From IMG/VR virus record IMGVR_UViG_3300026442_000101: DNA of 64,000 nt; one strand, given 5' to 3'. This stretch comes from a virus (lineage: Duplodnaviria; Caudoviricetes). The translations under genes and the position numbers were made by a program. Positions 30,148-40,049 of this stretch are shown one piece after another. The stretch's first letter is position 1; every line of letters begins with the position of its first letter. Below the pieces are notes generated by a model that saw only the letters and a list, made by a program, of their open reading frames with translations, was not told where the DNA came from and made no database searches.

Positions 30148-30381
30148 TCAGCTGAAGATGAACTTCAAGAACGCAAAGCCCGGCAACAGACCCCAGACGA
30201 TGATCGATGCGAGGATCGCGCCGATCACCCCGCCCCAGATCATGCAGGCGGTTCTGCTAGCCACGGTAGTCCGACGTCCGGGCAATTTGTTCAGCCGGAT
30301 GTCTTTGGCGCGGTCGGCGAAGAAGTACCAGTTGCAAAGCAGGATAACGACCACGTAGATCGCAATGATCACCCACTTCAT
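30148..30381 (-). CDS. Small membrane protein with two TM helices
   Basis: 77 aa from ATG 30381 (ATGA overlap): MKWVIIAIYVVVILLCNWYFF...ACMIWGGVIGAILASIIVWGLL. Confidence 0.65.
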   Translation of the reverse strand: MKWVIIAIYVVVILLCNWYFFADRAKDIRLNKLPGRRTTVASRTACMIWGGVIGAILASIIVWGLLPGFAFLKFIFS

Positions 30382-30665
30382 TTGACGTGCACCACATTCG
30401 CCCACAGGACGAACTCGTTGCCGAAACGCTCGACACGGTTCCAGCCGGCCGACAGTGCGGCAGCGGTGAAGAAGGTAGCTTGCTGCTCGAAGCGCTCAGC
30501 GTCCGGCAGAGCTTCCCAGGCAGCGTGCTTATCCTGGTCTACGTTACCCTCGGCGTCGTAGCCGACCACGGTACTGTAGTCAGCGAAGTTCTCAACGCTC
30601 TGACGATCGATCAGAAGAGTCTGACGATTCGGACACATGTCGTTTACATCGTAAGGAAAGTTCAT
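30378..30665 (-). CDS. Hypothetical protein (95 aa)
   Basis: TAATG coupling to the SbcC stop codon. Confidence 0.65.
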   Translation of the reverse strand: MNFPYDVNDMCPNRQTLLIDRQSVENFADYSTVVGYDAEGNVDQDKHAAWEALPDAERFEQQATFFTAAALSAGWNRVERFGNEFVLWANVVHVK

Positions 30666-33094
30666 TAGGCGAATTCCACATGGAGGTTATAAGCGTGCGG
30701 GTAGTTCAGGTTACGATCGTCCATGATGATTGTTTCCGACATGGGGAACGCAGTCTGACCATCCAGTGTGTGACTAACGATTAACACCTGCGAGAAGTGC
30801 TCGTCATCCACGAGGTCCTTGATCAACGGGATCAGGTTGTGACGATGGGCTTCGTCAAACGATGATCCGATCTCATCGAGGAACAGCGGATAGTCGGTCA
30901 GCTTCATGCAGTAGTACGCAGCCAGACGAAATGCCTGGTTGATGACATCTTTGATGGAACGGCTCCCTTCCGAGATATCGTTCCGACGTTGCCTGTCGAC
31001 AGTGACTGGGAACTTGTAGGTGATCTCGGTATCTTCCACGTCACAGTGGTGCAGATGCAGAGGATACCCCCAAACCCGTTTGATCAACTTGTTCACGATG
31101 TTGATTACGCTAGCCATCTGCTGAGAGATCTGCTCGGCGAGGAAACCTTTCTTGGGACACATCTCAGCCACTAGACGCTTGTAAGCCGTCTCTTGTACGA
31201 GTGCGTTCTTCAATTGGTTCTCAAGATCCTTTACCAGCGTCTCATGAGTTTCCTGTTCGCTGATAGCGTATTCGTGAACACCGATGCTCTGCTTGGTCTT
31301 CCTGATCATGTCCTCAATCACCAAGTCGCCCTGGTGGTTGCAGTACGAGATCAATTCGCCGCGCAGTTCACTGTAGCCTTGCTCGATGGCTTGATAGGTG
31401 CTTTCGTACCCATGCCATTCTTGGACGATCTTATTGACCCGATGTCTTTCATCTCCCACAGCGCTGAGCTGCTTCCAAGTAACCTCGTACGCCTCTTGAG
31501 CTTCTTCGAACTCCTTGAGGATCTTTGCAGCCTCGCCGCTGTTGGCTTCGTGCTTTGCAAGCTGTAGCTGGAAGATGTCGATGGCCTTAGCGTACTCGGT
31601 GCGTTGTTCATTGTGCAGAACATCACGTTCATACAGAGCGAGCTTGGCCGACAGAGTCTTACCGGCAGAAGTCCAGCCGCAGTTATCGAGCCATGCAAAG
31701 AGACCCGGGTATTCCGACTGGTACTGTCCACGCAGTTCGTCAAGCTTGGCGTAGGACTCGACGGCGCGAGATACTTTCTGGAGATGCTCCTCAGCGTTCT
31801 CGACTTCACCTTCCAGCTCGTTGTTCATGACCGTACCTTTATCGGCACGATTCTTGAGTTCATCGAGCTTACCTTCTTCAATACCTGGCTTGAACTCGGT
31901 CTTACAGTTAGGGCAAGAGACAGTCTCGCAACTATGGATGTGTTCGATCTGTCGGGTGATATCCTCCAGAAGTCCAGAGACGCGATTCAAGCGCTCCTTC
32001 TTCTCAAAGAGACCTTGGGTCAGGCTATTGTAATCGCTAGCCGTAAAACGCTCGTCAGGCAGTCCAGCGATAGCCATACGTAACTGGCTGATTGGTGTGT
32101 AAGCTCGGATCAGTAAAGACGGGTGAAGGCCGCAAGACAGTTCGGGAATACGCTCGATCTCGTATTGAGCCTGAACGAGATGTTGGCGCAGAGTCTCGGG
32201 GTCCTCCACGACAGACTCGCCGACCAAGTTGCGGCGATGGTCAGCCTTACTGAGCGCTTCTTCGCGAACACGCAACTCTCCCATCAGTGCGGCACTTTGC
32301 TCACCGAGGTCAGCTGACTTAGTGATGAGGTCCTCAAGGCTGATCTCACCGTCCTGACTTGGGTGATCGAGCATCAACCACTTAGCTGCGCGAGCATCGA
32401 GTTCTTCGACGCGCCGTGCCATTTCTTCATCATCGAGGACTTCGGACGTATTGCGAGGTTCTCGCATCAGCATCTCAAGCGTGGCCTGCAGCTCAGCAGA
32501 CTTAGCCTTCATCTCGGCGATAACGTCAGGCTCAAGTAAATGACCACGCGCTTCGGCAAGGCGATCTTTCAGGTACTTGACGATCTCAGTTTTAGAGTTC
32601 GCCATCTTCCGCCAAGCCATGTACTTGGAGAAAGCAAAATCGAAGTTGGTAGGCGACAGCTTAGCGATCCAGTCCTGACGCTGCTTCGGGCTCATCGAGG
32701 TGAACTCAGTGAGGCCAATAGCCAGAGCGTGGAAGTCCTTCGTGTAGCCGATGTGGATACGGACCAACTCAAACTGCGCAGTGACGGTCCGACCCTTGTT
32801 CAGGTTCTCCCCGCCATCTACTATGAATGAGTAGGAATTCTTATCCCCATACTCGCAACGGATCTCGTAAGTGTGCCCTTTGTGATCGAAGATCTGGTGA
32901 AGCGAACCCCCGTCTTCGAACCAGTTAGGATCGGGAGGGAGTGGGCAGAATGCAATAGCGAGCAGGCTGGATTTGCCGCCGCCGTTACTGCCTAACACCA
33001 TTTGGGTTTTTAGGCTAGGTCGGATCGTAATTGACTCGCTTCCATTGAGCGACATCCGGTTACATCTGACCAGCTTTACTTCTCTGAAAAACAT
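30665..33094 (-). CDS. sbcC: SbcC/Rad50-like SMC ATPase (phiKZ gp165-like)
   Basis: Walker A GSNGGGKSS, long coiled coils, zinc-hook CPNC, signature ISEGS, Walker B LFLDEIGSSFD, H-loop IVSH. Confidence 0.92.
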   Translation of the reverse strand: MFFREVKLVRCNRMSLNGSESITIRPSLKTQMVLGSNGGGKSSLLAIAFCPLPPDPNWFEDGGSLHQIFDHKGHTYEIRCEYGDKNSYSFIVDGGENLNKGRTVTAQFELVRIHIGYTKDFHALAIGLTEFTSMSPKQRQDWIAKLSPTNFDFAFSKYMAWRKMANSKTEIVKYLKDRLAEARGHLLEPDVIAEMKAKSAELQATLEMLMREPRNTSEVLDDEEMARRVEELDARAAKWLMLDHPSQDGEISLEDLITKSADLGEQSAALMGELRVREEALSKADHRRNLVGESVVEDPETLRQHLVQAQYEIERIPELSCGLHPSLLIRAYTPISQLRMAIAGLPDERFTASDYNSLTQGLFEKKERLNRVSGLLEDITRQIEHIHSCETVSCPNCKTEFKPGIEEGKLDELKNRADKGTVMNNELEGEVENAEEHLQKVSRAVESYAKLDELRGQYQSEYPGLFAWLDNCGWTSAGKTLSAKLALYERDVLHNEQRTEYAKAIDIFQLQLAKHEANSGEAAKILKEFEEAQEAYEVTWKQLSAVGDERHRVNKIVQEWHGYESTYQAIEQGYSELRGELISYCNHQGDLVIEDMIRKTKQSIGVHEYAISEQETHETLVKDLENQLKNALVQETAYKRLVAEMCPKKGFLAEQISQQMASVINIVNKLIKRVWGYPLHLHHCDVEDTEITYKFPVTVDRQRRNDISEGSRSIKDVINQAFRLAAYYCMKLTDYPLFLDEIGSSFDEAHRHNLIPLIKDLVDDEHFSQVLIVSHTLDGQTAFPMSETIIMDDRNLNYPHAYNLHVEFA

Positions 33095-33164
33095 GTCGGG
33101 ATGTCCCTAAGTCAATCTGCTTTAGCATTAGCGGGTTTTGTAGAATTTTATCTGGAGCTGAACC

Positions 33165-33995
33165 ATGAAGATGTCTGCGTTCAGATCTGTCGCGATTGGA
33201 CGGGTCGATACTAACCTAGAGCTAGGCTCGAAAGTGATTGAGATTGTCCCGATCGAGTGGATCCCAATGCGTGACGGCGAACTTACGTCGAACGCTACCA
33301 CGTCCACCTTCTCTACGGTCGACTCCGACAACAACGTCGTCAAAGGCGGTACGGTATCATCGAACACGATCAAGGCTACGTGGATGCCCTGCGGTTCCAA
33401 CCGCCTCACTGCTCCTAACGTGCGGCGTGGTGAGCGTGTAGAGGTCCTACAAGCGGCTGACGACGATAAGTATTACTGGCGCACCATGGGTCTGGATGAT
33501 CACTTGCGTAAGCTTGAGACCATTATCTTCGGTATCAGCGCCGATCCTAAGGAACAAGGCCCGGGTGAGACCACTGTCCTCAGTCCAGAGAACATGTACT
33601 GGTTCGAGTTCTCTTCGCACAGCAAGATGCTGGCCTTCCGCAGCTGTCAGGCGCAGGGCGAACCGTTCCTCTACGAGATGTACTTTGACTTTGGCGCTGG
33701 TGAGTTCATGGTCAAGGATGACATCGGTAACTTCATCAACATGATCAGTCAGCTCAGGCTGATTCACGCACAGAATGCTGAAGGCACATACGTCAAGCTG
33801 GATAAGAAGGACATCAAAGCCTTCGCCCCGCAAGACATCGCTGCCGAAGCTAAGCGTAACGTCAGCATCAAGGCGGGTATGAACATGGATCTCAAAGCTG
33901 GAGTTAAAGCTACCATTGACGGCGGGGGCAGTGTGATGACATTCATCGGTGCAGGCACTACCCTCAAGACTCCTCAATTCGTAGGGTTGACATAA
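33165..33995 (+). CDS. Baseplate central spike/needle protein (phiKZ gp164-like)
   Basis: OB-fold-like N-terminus (TAPNVRRGERVEV), beta-helix-like C-terminal repeats, directly followed by a PAAR gene. Confidence 0.75.
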   Translation: MKMSAFRSVAIGRVDTNLELGSKVIEIVPIEWIPMRDGELTSNATTSTFSTVDSDNNVVKGGTVSSNTIKATWMPCGSNRLTAPNVRRGERVEVLQAADDDKYYWRTMGLDDHLRKLETIIFGISADPKEQGPGETTVLSPENMYWFEFSSHSKMLAFRSCQAQGEPFLYEMYFDFGAGEFMVKDDIGNFINMISQLRLIHAQNAEGTYVKLDKKDIKAFAPQDIAAEAKRNVSIKAGMNMDLKAGVKATIDGGGSVMTFIGAGTTLKTPQFVGLT

Positions 33996-34264
33996 TGGCC
34001 TTTCCAATCTCTCTCGTTGGTGAGTCTCAGGCCGGCGGCGTGATCACAGGTCCAGGTATGCCTACCTGGACGGTGCTTGGCAAACCCATGTCTCTGCTCA
34101 ATGACGATGTTGCAGGTCACGGCACAGGATCTCACGCAGGTCCAAAGATGGTGGAAGGTTCAGGGTGGTTCACCATCAACGGTATCCCAGTGGTCCGTAC
34201 CGGCAATAAAGCGTCGTGTGGCCACGAGGCCAACGGTAACCCGTGGATGATCCTTCCATTTTAA
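33995..34264 (+). CDS. PAAR-motif spike-tip protein (phiKZ gp163-like)
   Basis: 89 aa: GGVITG, GKPMSLLNDDVAGH, GSGWFTINGIPVVRTGNKASCGH, with His/Cys metal ligands. Confidence 0.88.
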   Translation: MAFPISLVGESQAGGVITGPGMPTWTVLGKPMSLLNDDVAGHGTGSHAGPKMVEGSGWFTINGIPVVRTGNKASCGHEANGNPWMILPF

Positions 34265-34266
34265 CG

Positions 34267-34302
34267 GCATAGTCGCCGGGTGGGGAACCACCCGGCTTCT
34301 AT
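34267..34302. terminator. GCATAG-family hairpin between convergent genes
   Basis: GCATAGTC-GCCGGGTGG-GGAA-CCACCCGGC-TTCTAT. Confidence 0.7.
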
Positions 34303-34307
34303 TCGGC

Positions 34308-35567
34308 TTACGTCGGGTTGGCGAGGTACTCAGTACCGAACTCGAGGAAATACGCCGAGGCATACTTCTGACGCTCTGACGATACCCTGGCACCGTTGTA
34401 ATACATGTCGTCGGCACGAGGACGTTTATCGTGGACGTAACGGTTCACGAGGTTGTCAGTCACGGCAATCGAATACAGGTCATCTTCGACGATGGCGATA
34501 TAGGACGGCACCAAACCGTTCTCGAGCTGCAGTGGGTAGCGTGGGCGCTCGTACGCTACGTAACGACCCGGCAGCTTGGTACGCTCCAGCCCGTGACGCT
34601 CGTAATAGAGGTTGCTGGCTTCGATGGTGATCACGAAGGACTGGCTCAGCGTCATGTACGCCTTGATCGCTTCGTCGCTGTTGGCTTGAGTGAGGTCGAG
34701 CGCATCGCCGTGGTTAGGGTTGCGGGTCAACGTCGCTTCGAATGCCGACAGATCGATCAACTTGTTGGAGTTGTAGTAACGATGAGCCAGAGGGATGTTG
34801 TACCACTGGACATCGATCGAATGGTCGCCCGTCACGCTGTACTGCTGTTCGCCGTAATGCAGGAACCCGCCGATCGACATCATGACGATTCGTTTCGACA
34901 GATCGATATTTGGCACGTTGACGACGAAGCCGTTGCGTAGAGGGTTGGTTCCCTTAGGCTTGATCATCGCAGCAGTGATTGGGGTCACAGTGACCTTACC
35001 AACGTCAAGGAAGCTGATCAGCCCGATGTCGTGGTTGTTAGCGATCCAAGTGCTGCGACCACCGCCTTTGACGCGCAGACCCCGGGTCGAATAGTCGGTG
35101 ATGTGGAACAGGCCATTCACGTTGACCAGGCAGTTGCGATACAGCAGCGCGTAGTCCATCTCAGGCTTGGTGAGAAGGAGGTCGGTCAGATCCTCATCAG
35201 GATACTCGTTACCCTCACCTGCTGTAGGGTGGACACGGTTAACGAGATAGCCAGCCGAGAAGGCATCGTTGAACTTAGCAACGCCCGCTGTACGCTTCGG
35301 TACGACGTTCGAAGTTGGAAGACTGGTGTCGCCAAGCGATACAAGCCAATCGTCGACCGTGACGTTGTCAAGGACACTATAAACAGTATCCAAGATGTCC
35401 ATCAGGTTGATGCTGAGTTCGTGGGAGACCGCTGGGTGCTTGAGGACGAGGTAAGCGACACTGTATTCGGTTACCAAGTTACGCAGATAGCTGTTACCCA
35501 CCTGCGCTTCAATCAGCCTCTGGTTCTCGCCACGAGGGCGTAGTAGCGCACGTTGGCAAGTGTACAT
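34308..35567 (-). CDS. Virion structural protein (conserved in phiKZ-like phages)
   Basis: 419 aa with GAGG RBS; contains NCLVNVNGLFH. Confidence 0.7.
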   Translation of the reverse strand: MYTCQRALLRPRGENQRLIEAQVGNSYLRNLVTEYSVAYLVLKHPAVSHELSINLMDILDTVYSVLDNVTVDDWLVSLGDTSLPTSNVVPKRTAGVAKFNDAFSAGYLVNRVHPTAGEGNEYPDEDLTDLLLTKPEMDYALLYRNCLVNVNGLFHITDYSTRGLRVKGGGRSTWIANNHDIGLISFLDVGKVTVTPITAAMIKPKGTNPLRNGFVVNVPNIDLSKRIVMMSIGGFLHYGEQQYSVTGDHSIDVQWYNIPLAHRYYNSNKLIDLSAFEATLTRNPNHGDALDLTQANSDEAIKAYMTLSQSFVITIEASNLYYERHGLERTKLPGRYVAYERPRYPLQLENGLVPSYIAIVEDDLYSIAVTDNLVNRYVHDKRPRADDMYYNGARVSSERQKYASAYFLEFGTEYLANPT

Positions 35568-35641
35568 GCATTCACCTCGTCGAAAAATGATATGCTCGAC
35601 GTCCTATAGACGCGAGTCCCATATTTTAATGGAGACCTCAA

Positions 35642-36373
35642 ATGGCTAGCGCCAATCCCCTCGATTATCTGTACCCATTGGACCTGACGGGTGCGGCGGC
35701 AACCAACAAGGTGGTCAATGAAAGCCGTACGCTGAACCCACCGGAAGAAGAGCTCGATTTCCATTTCCTGCTGCCGTGGGCCGGTCCCTACTTCCGCGAC
35801 ACCATGGTCCTGCGCCACATCACCACCAACCGCCTTTTGATCCGCGGTGTGGACTGGGCGCCTGGGCATAAGTTCAACAGCGCCAGTTACGAATTACAGA
35901 ACACCAAGGGTGGCGTCTATGCTTCCATCCTGCTGTTCGACCGCAAGCTGTCTGGCCAAGTCCGCATGGATTCGTACCAGACTCTGGGCGGCGCCTGGAC
36001 GCTGAGTGAGAACAAGATCCTCGAGATCATGTCCAACAAGATCGCCGACCCTCGTCAGGTGGCCTTCGAGGAAGTGAACGGTCTGCCGGAAGTATTCCCT
36101 CCGACCGAACACACTCACCCAGCTGACGACATGACCGGCTTCGCCGAACTGATCGCCGCTACCTACGACGTGGCCGCTGCCATTCGTGCGCGGACTCAGT
36201 CCTGGCTCGACAATCCTCCGCTGATCCCGAACCTCTACTACACCAAAGATGAGATCGACGCCAAGCTGCTCGAGATCGAAGGTGGCGGTGCGTCGGTATC
36301 GGATCTGGAAGAAATGATCGATTCCATGACCGCGTCTTACACCCAGGCGGCTAACGAACTCGGGGCGCTCTGA
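35642..36373 (+). CDS. Tail-fibre-associated adaptor protein, copy 1
   Basis: 243 aa; YPLDLTGAAATNKVVNESRTL is paralogous to 40760..41404. Confidence 0.7.
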   Translation: MASANPLDYLYPLDLTGAAATNKVVNESRTLNPPEEELDFHFLLPWAGPYFRDTMVLRHITTNRLLIRGVDWAPGHKFNSASYELQNTKGGVYASILLFDRKLSGQVRMDSYQTLGGAWTLSENKILEIMSNKIADPRQVAFEEVNGLPEVFPPTEHTHPADDMTGFAELIAATYDVAAAIRARTQSWLDNPPLIPNLYYTKDEIDAKLLEIEGGGASVSDLEEMIDSMTASYTQAANELGAL

Positions 36374-36389
36374 GTAAGGAACTTCCGAC

Positions 36390-39320
36390 ATGAGTTTGAC
36401 TGAAAACCTTGCGGCACTCAGTGCCGCGATGGACCGACTGTTTACCCTGGTGGGTACAGTCGCCACCGGTAAGCGTAAAACGGCCGGTACGGCAGACAAA
36501 ACGAAGCTCGTGGCTGGATTGACTAAAACCCAGCTGGCTTCCGCTGTCCGTAAAGCTGCCGACGACCATGCCGCGCTGCAAGGTAACGTGCACAACGACA
36601 CCTTCACGTCGGTAGGGATTCACTCCAAGGCTACGTTCGACACTCTTCTGCCGACCGTTATGCCAAACGGCGTCTTGCCGCTCTCGCGTTTTGGTACGCA
36701 GAACTATCTGCCGCCAGGCATCCAGGGTAGCTTCGAGGGCGGTACGACTGGTCTTCAATACACCGACACTGCCTGCATCATCGAAGATGACGGTACCGCT
36801 GTCTATCTGCGTAACGGTACGGACGGTGCCAGTCAAGGCGTCTTCTACGCATTCCTTGAGGGCGCTAGTTCTAAGGTTGGCGTACCTATCCGTACCGGTC
36901 GGCGCTATCAGCCGAGCTGGTTCCCAGCAGGCACTACCGCCCTCGCCGTCTTCAACTCCAGCCAGTCTGTCATCGTTGGCCAGTTGCAGGATGCTTCCGG
37001 AACTCCGGGCGATTACTTCATAGCTCTGACCAACGGAACCTACGACGCTACCAAGCACGTAGGCGGGATCATCCCCAAAGCAGTCGGTGACACTTACATC
37101 AAGGTAGGTGGTGAGGCATTCGTAGCGGGTAACACTGTCTACTTCTACAACCTCACCTTCTCCGGCAGCAGCATGACGCAGCCGTATGACATCACTGTTC
37201 ACACGCTTCCGCGCGCAACTCTGGCAGCAGCCGGCGGTGGTCAGGTTACGTTCACGCAAGTGACTGGGATCACTACCAAGGGCTTTGGCAACGTCAGCTA
37301 CGCCGCTCTCGATCGGATGCGTTTTTGCAGTAAGATCGTGAGTCAGGATGCCTCGGAAAACCCGATGGTGCGTCAAGTCGGTACGCGGTTCTCCTTCTTG
37401 CAGATCATGTACTACTACAGTGGTACGCCTGTATCTGCGATGGATGAGGCGACTGGTAAGATCCGCACCAAGCTCTATCATCAGAGCCGTATGGTGACCA
37501 CCAGCGGCGCGCCGTATAGCGGCACCGGGTTCAGCTTTGTATTCGATCCGGTTGCCAAGACCGTGACGCTCGACCCGTTCTACTTGTCCGCCGAGAACAC
37601 GGTGACCGACGACGTTCCAACGCCGACCTACGCGGGTCCTATCTTCGACGGCATCGTGCTGGACAAGCTGGCCTCTGTTGGTCCGTACAAGCTCAACTTT
37701 GCGTACGATGACTTCGGTAACGTATTCAAGTTCATCTTGACGAACCTCGTGGATAACCTAACGGTCCAGGTCGGTCGGGTGACCAACTTCACCAGCCGCT
37801 ATGCAGCATTGGAAGGTGGCGTCGCTGCCGTCGCATCACTCGGAGCTCTTGTCGTAAGGCCTTCGTTCGGTACGGCTATCGGTTCCGGGATCCACGGCGC
37901 TGTCATGTTGTCGGCGACTAAGATGTATCTGTTCGCAGACGGTGTGACAAAAGCCGGTACTTGGCGACGCGGCATGGTGAAGACCACTCTGGAGGGCGAT
38001 GGGCAGTATAACTACGCGTCCATCTACCGCGGCACGATCAAAGGTTACGAGCCGTCGCCCACTCGGGATTTCTTCACTGACCTTGGTTATACCGACGACG
38101 ACTATAAGGCTCCAGTCAATGAGGTAACGGCTACCGGGTCGTTCTTCACGCACACTCAGCGATTCATCGCTGCAAAGACTGGCGTATCTTCGGTTAACCG
38201 ATTGGTCGGCAGGGCGTCCATCACGGAAGACCTGAGTCTCGGTGCTCAAGTCAGTGTCACTGATGCGATCATGCAAGGCTTAGGCAATCAGATCGCTTCT
38301 AAGTTGGCTGCTCAGGGCGAACCAGCCACCACTCAGTGGATTGCTGAATTGGTGATCCCTGCGAGTAACGGCGTCCCGCCTTTCGTTGCGTATCTGGGGC
38401 TGTGCGACAACGGCAACAACTACGTGACCATCTGTCCGGTGACAGTGACTCGCGATGGCGTAGGTAACGTCACAGGGGTGTCGGTAGGTACTCCGCACAC
38501 GCCTAAGTACATCTACACCAATGGTACCGGTGTAGGGCTTGCCATGAACTCCAACGGTATCCTTTACGGCGGCCCGTGCACCATGTACGACATCGGCACT
38601 GATGTCTTCATCGGTATCTGTACGTCGGGCTACATGCAGGTGCCTGGTGGTTCTCCGCAGTCGGCGTTCTGCTTCCGCTACAACCGGCCGGCGCAGGCGT
38701 TCCAGCACCGCGACGATTACTCCCAGCGTACCACTAACGTGTATTCTGGCGGCACCGGGCGTCATTTCGTAGCGCACCCTTCGTTAGGGTTCGGGTTCTG
38801 CTGGAACACCCAGCTGGCATCGGGCTACTCTGACGAAACCACCAAGTTGAACTTCCAGCCGATCGGGACGACCGTGGCCGAATTCAACGCATGGACCGGC
38901 CAGTCGATTTCTCCTCAGGAGACTTGGACGTGCCTGGCGTCTCAAAAGGCTGCTGAAGGCTGGGTCGTGTATTTCTCCGAAGATACCCCTGTGGTCATCA
39001 ACGGGACCTACTACGTCCTTCCGGTAAGTAGCGTCGATCTGCGCACGATCATCCCTGATGCTTCTAACCGGACGTTCTACGTCTACGTCAGGATCGTCGG
39101 CGGTGCGGCTCAGTATGTCATTGCAACTACGACCACTGCTGAAAGCAACCTGAACATGCTGGTGGGTACGGTAACCACCAACGCCACGCAGATTGTATCC
39201 ATCGCTGCTGAGAAGGTCACCCGACTCGGCAACTTCCGAATCAGCGCTACGTCGAAAGGTTCGGCTATCCCGGTATCCACCGGCCTGCCGCGCAACGCCG
39301 ACAAACTCGCATGGAGTTGA
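36390..39320 (+). CDS. Large tail fibre/tail-associated protein, copy 1 (phiKZ gp131-135 family)
   Basis: 976 aa, Thr/Ser/Gly-rich beta structure. C-terminal family domain ending KVTRLGNFRISATSKGSAIPVSTGLP...W. Confidence 0.75.
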   Translation: MSLTENLAALSAAMDRLFTLVGTVATGKRKTAGTADKTKLVAGLTKTQLASAVRKAADDHAALQGNVHNDTFTSVGIHSKATFDTLLPTVMPNGVLPLSRFGTQNYLPPGIQGSFEGGTTGLQYTDTACIIEDDGTAVYLRNGTDGASQGVFYAFLEGASSKVGVPIRTGRRYQPSWFPAGTTALAVFNSSQSVIVGQLQDASGTPGDYFIALTNGTYDATKHVGGIIPKAVGDTYIKVGGEAFVAGNTVYFYNLTFSGSSMTQPYDITVHTLPRATLAAAGGGQVTFTQVTGITTKGFGNVSYAALDRMRFCSKIVSQDASENPMVRQVGTRFSFLQIMYYYSGTPVSAMDEATGKIRTKLYHQSRMVTTSGAPYSGTGFSFVFDPVAKTVTLDPFYLSAENTVTDDVPTPTYAGPIFDGIVLDKLASVGPYKLNFAYDDFGNVFKFILTNLVDNLTVQVGRVTNFTSRYAALEGGVAAVASLGALVVRPSFGTAIGSGIHGAVMLSATKMYLFADGVTKAGTWRRGMVKTTLEGDGQYNYASIYRGTIKGYEPSPTRDFFTDLGYTDDDYKAPVNEVTATGSFFTHTQRFIAAKTGVSSVNRLVGRASITEDLSLGAQVSVTDAIMQGLGNQIASKLAAQGEPATTQWIAELVIPASNGVPPFVAYLGLCDNGNNYVTICPVTVTRDGVGNVTGVSVGTPHTPKYIYTNGTGVGLAMNSNGILYGGPCTMYDIGTDVFIGICTSGYMQVPGGSPQSAFCFRYNRPAQAFQHRDDYSQRTTNVYSGGTGRHFVAHPSLGFGFCWNTQLASGYSDETTKLNFQPIGTTVAEFNAWTGQSISPQETWTCLASQKAAEGWVVYFSEDTPVVINGTYYVLPVSSVDLRTIIPDASNRTFYVYVRIVGGAAQYVIATTTTAESNLNMLVGTVTTNATQIVSIAAEKVTRLGNFRISATSKGSAIPVSTGLPRNADKLAWS

Positions 39321-39323
39321 TTC

Positions 39324-40037
39324 ATGTCGATCCAAGATAAGATCAACACGCTTAAGGCGGAGGTGGCTGACTTCACGCAACAGATCGTTCGCGTTCTGTC
39401 TAAGAAGCCAGTCGCCGTTGAGTTGTCTGATGATTCGCCTCGTCTGAATAACCGTACACCGGCTCAGATGCAAGCGGATGTCGATACCTTGACGACCGCC
39501 CATGCTGCAAGAACCGATAACGCGCACAGACTGACGCCTGCAATTCTTGCGGCGTATACTGATACTGAGCTGAATGCGAAGATCAATGCGCTTGTTCGGG
39601 TGAACACACTGCCTATCAGTCAGTTCGGTTCTCTCGATAACTCGTCACTGCCGGTGTCCTCGACTGGAATGACACTGCGCCTAACGGCGCAGATTCCCCT
39701 GATTCTTTGGGGACGTTATTTCATGATGCCGATGACCAACAAGCTGATCACTGACGATGTACCGTCTGCGGCTAACAAGACGCTGTACGTGTACGCTGAG
39801 ATCGTAAACAACGCCCCCGTCTACAAGCTTTACGAGACGTTCCAGGCCGATGCCTTCAACAGACTTTATATCGGTACCTGTAACGTCGGGGCGTCTGCGA
39901 TCACATCGGTGGCGATCACTAAGGTCACCAAGCTCGATAACTTCAGGTTGTCCAGCGTCGGTATTGGTGCAGGTATTCCGTACACCACCGGCCTGCCAAC
40001 TGCAACTGCTTCCATCCCTGGTGGTTGGAAGTCTTAA
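39324..40037 (+). CDS. Short fibre-family protein (phiKZ gp131-135 family)
   Basis: 237 aa; H...DNAH N-terminal motif and the shared C-terminal domain KVTKLDNFRLSSVGIGAGIPYTTG..W. Confidence 0.75.
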   Translation: MSIQDKINTLKAEVADFTQQIVRVLSKKPVAVELSDDSPRLNNRTPAQMQADVDTLTTAHAARTDNAHRLTPAILAAYTDTELNAKINALVRVNTLPISQFGSLDNSSLPVSSTGMTLRLTAQIPLILWGRYFMMPMTNKLITDDVPSAANKTLYVYAEIVNNAPVYKLYETFQADAFNRLYIGTCNVGASAITSVAITKVTKLDNFRLSSVGIGAGIPYTTGLPTATASIPGGWKS

Positions 40038-40049
40038 TGGAGGTAGACT

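Noticed and set aside
33165-34264. Spike plus PAAR as a type VI secretion remnant
   Set aside because: No other T6SS genes are present; this pair is the normal myophage baseplate tip (phiKZ gp164/gp163-like).
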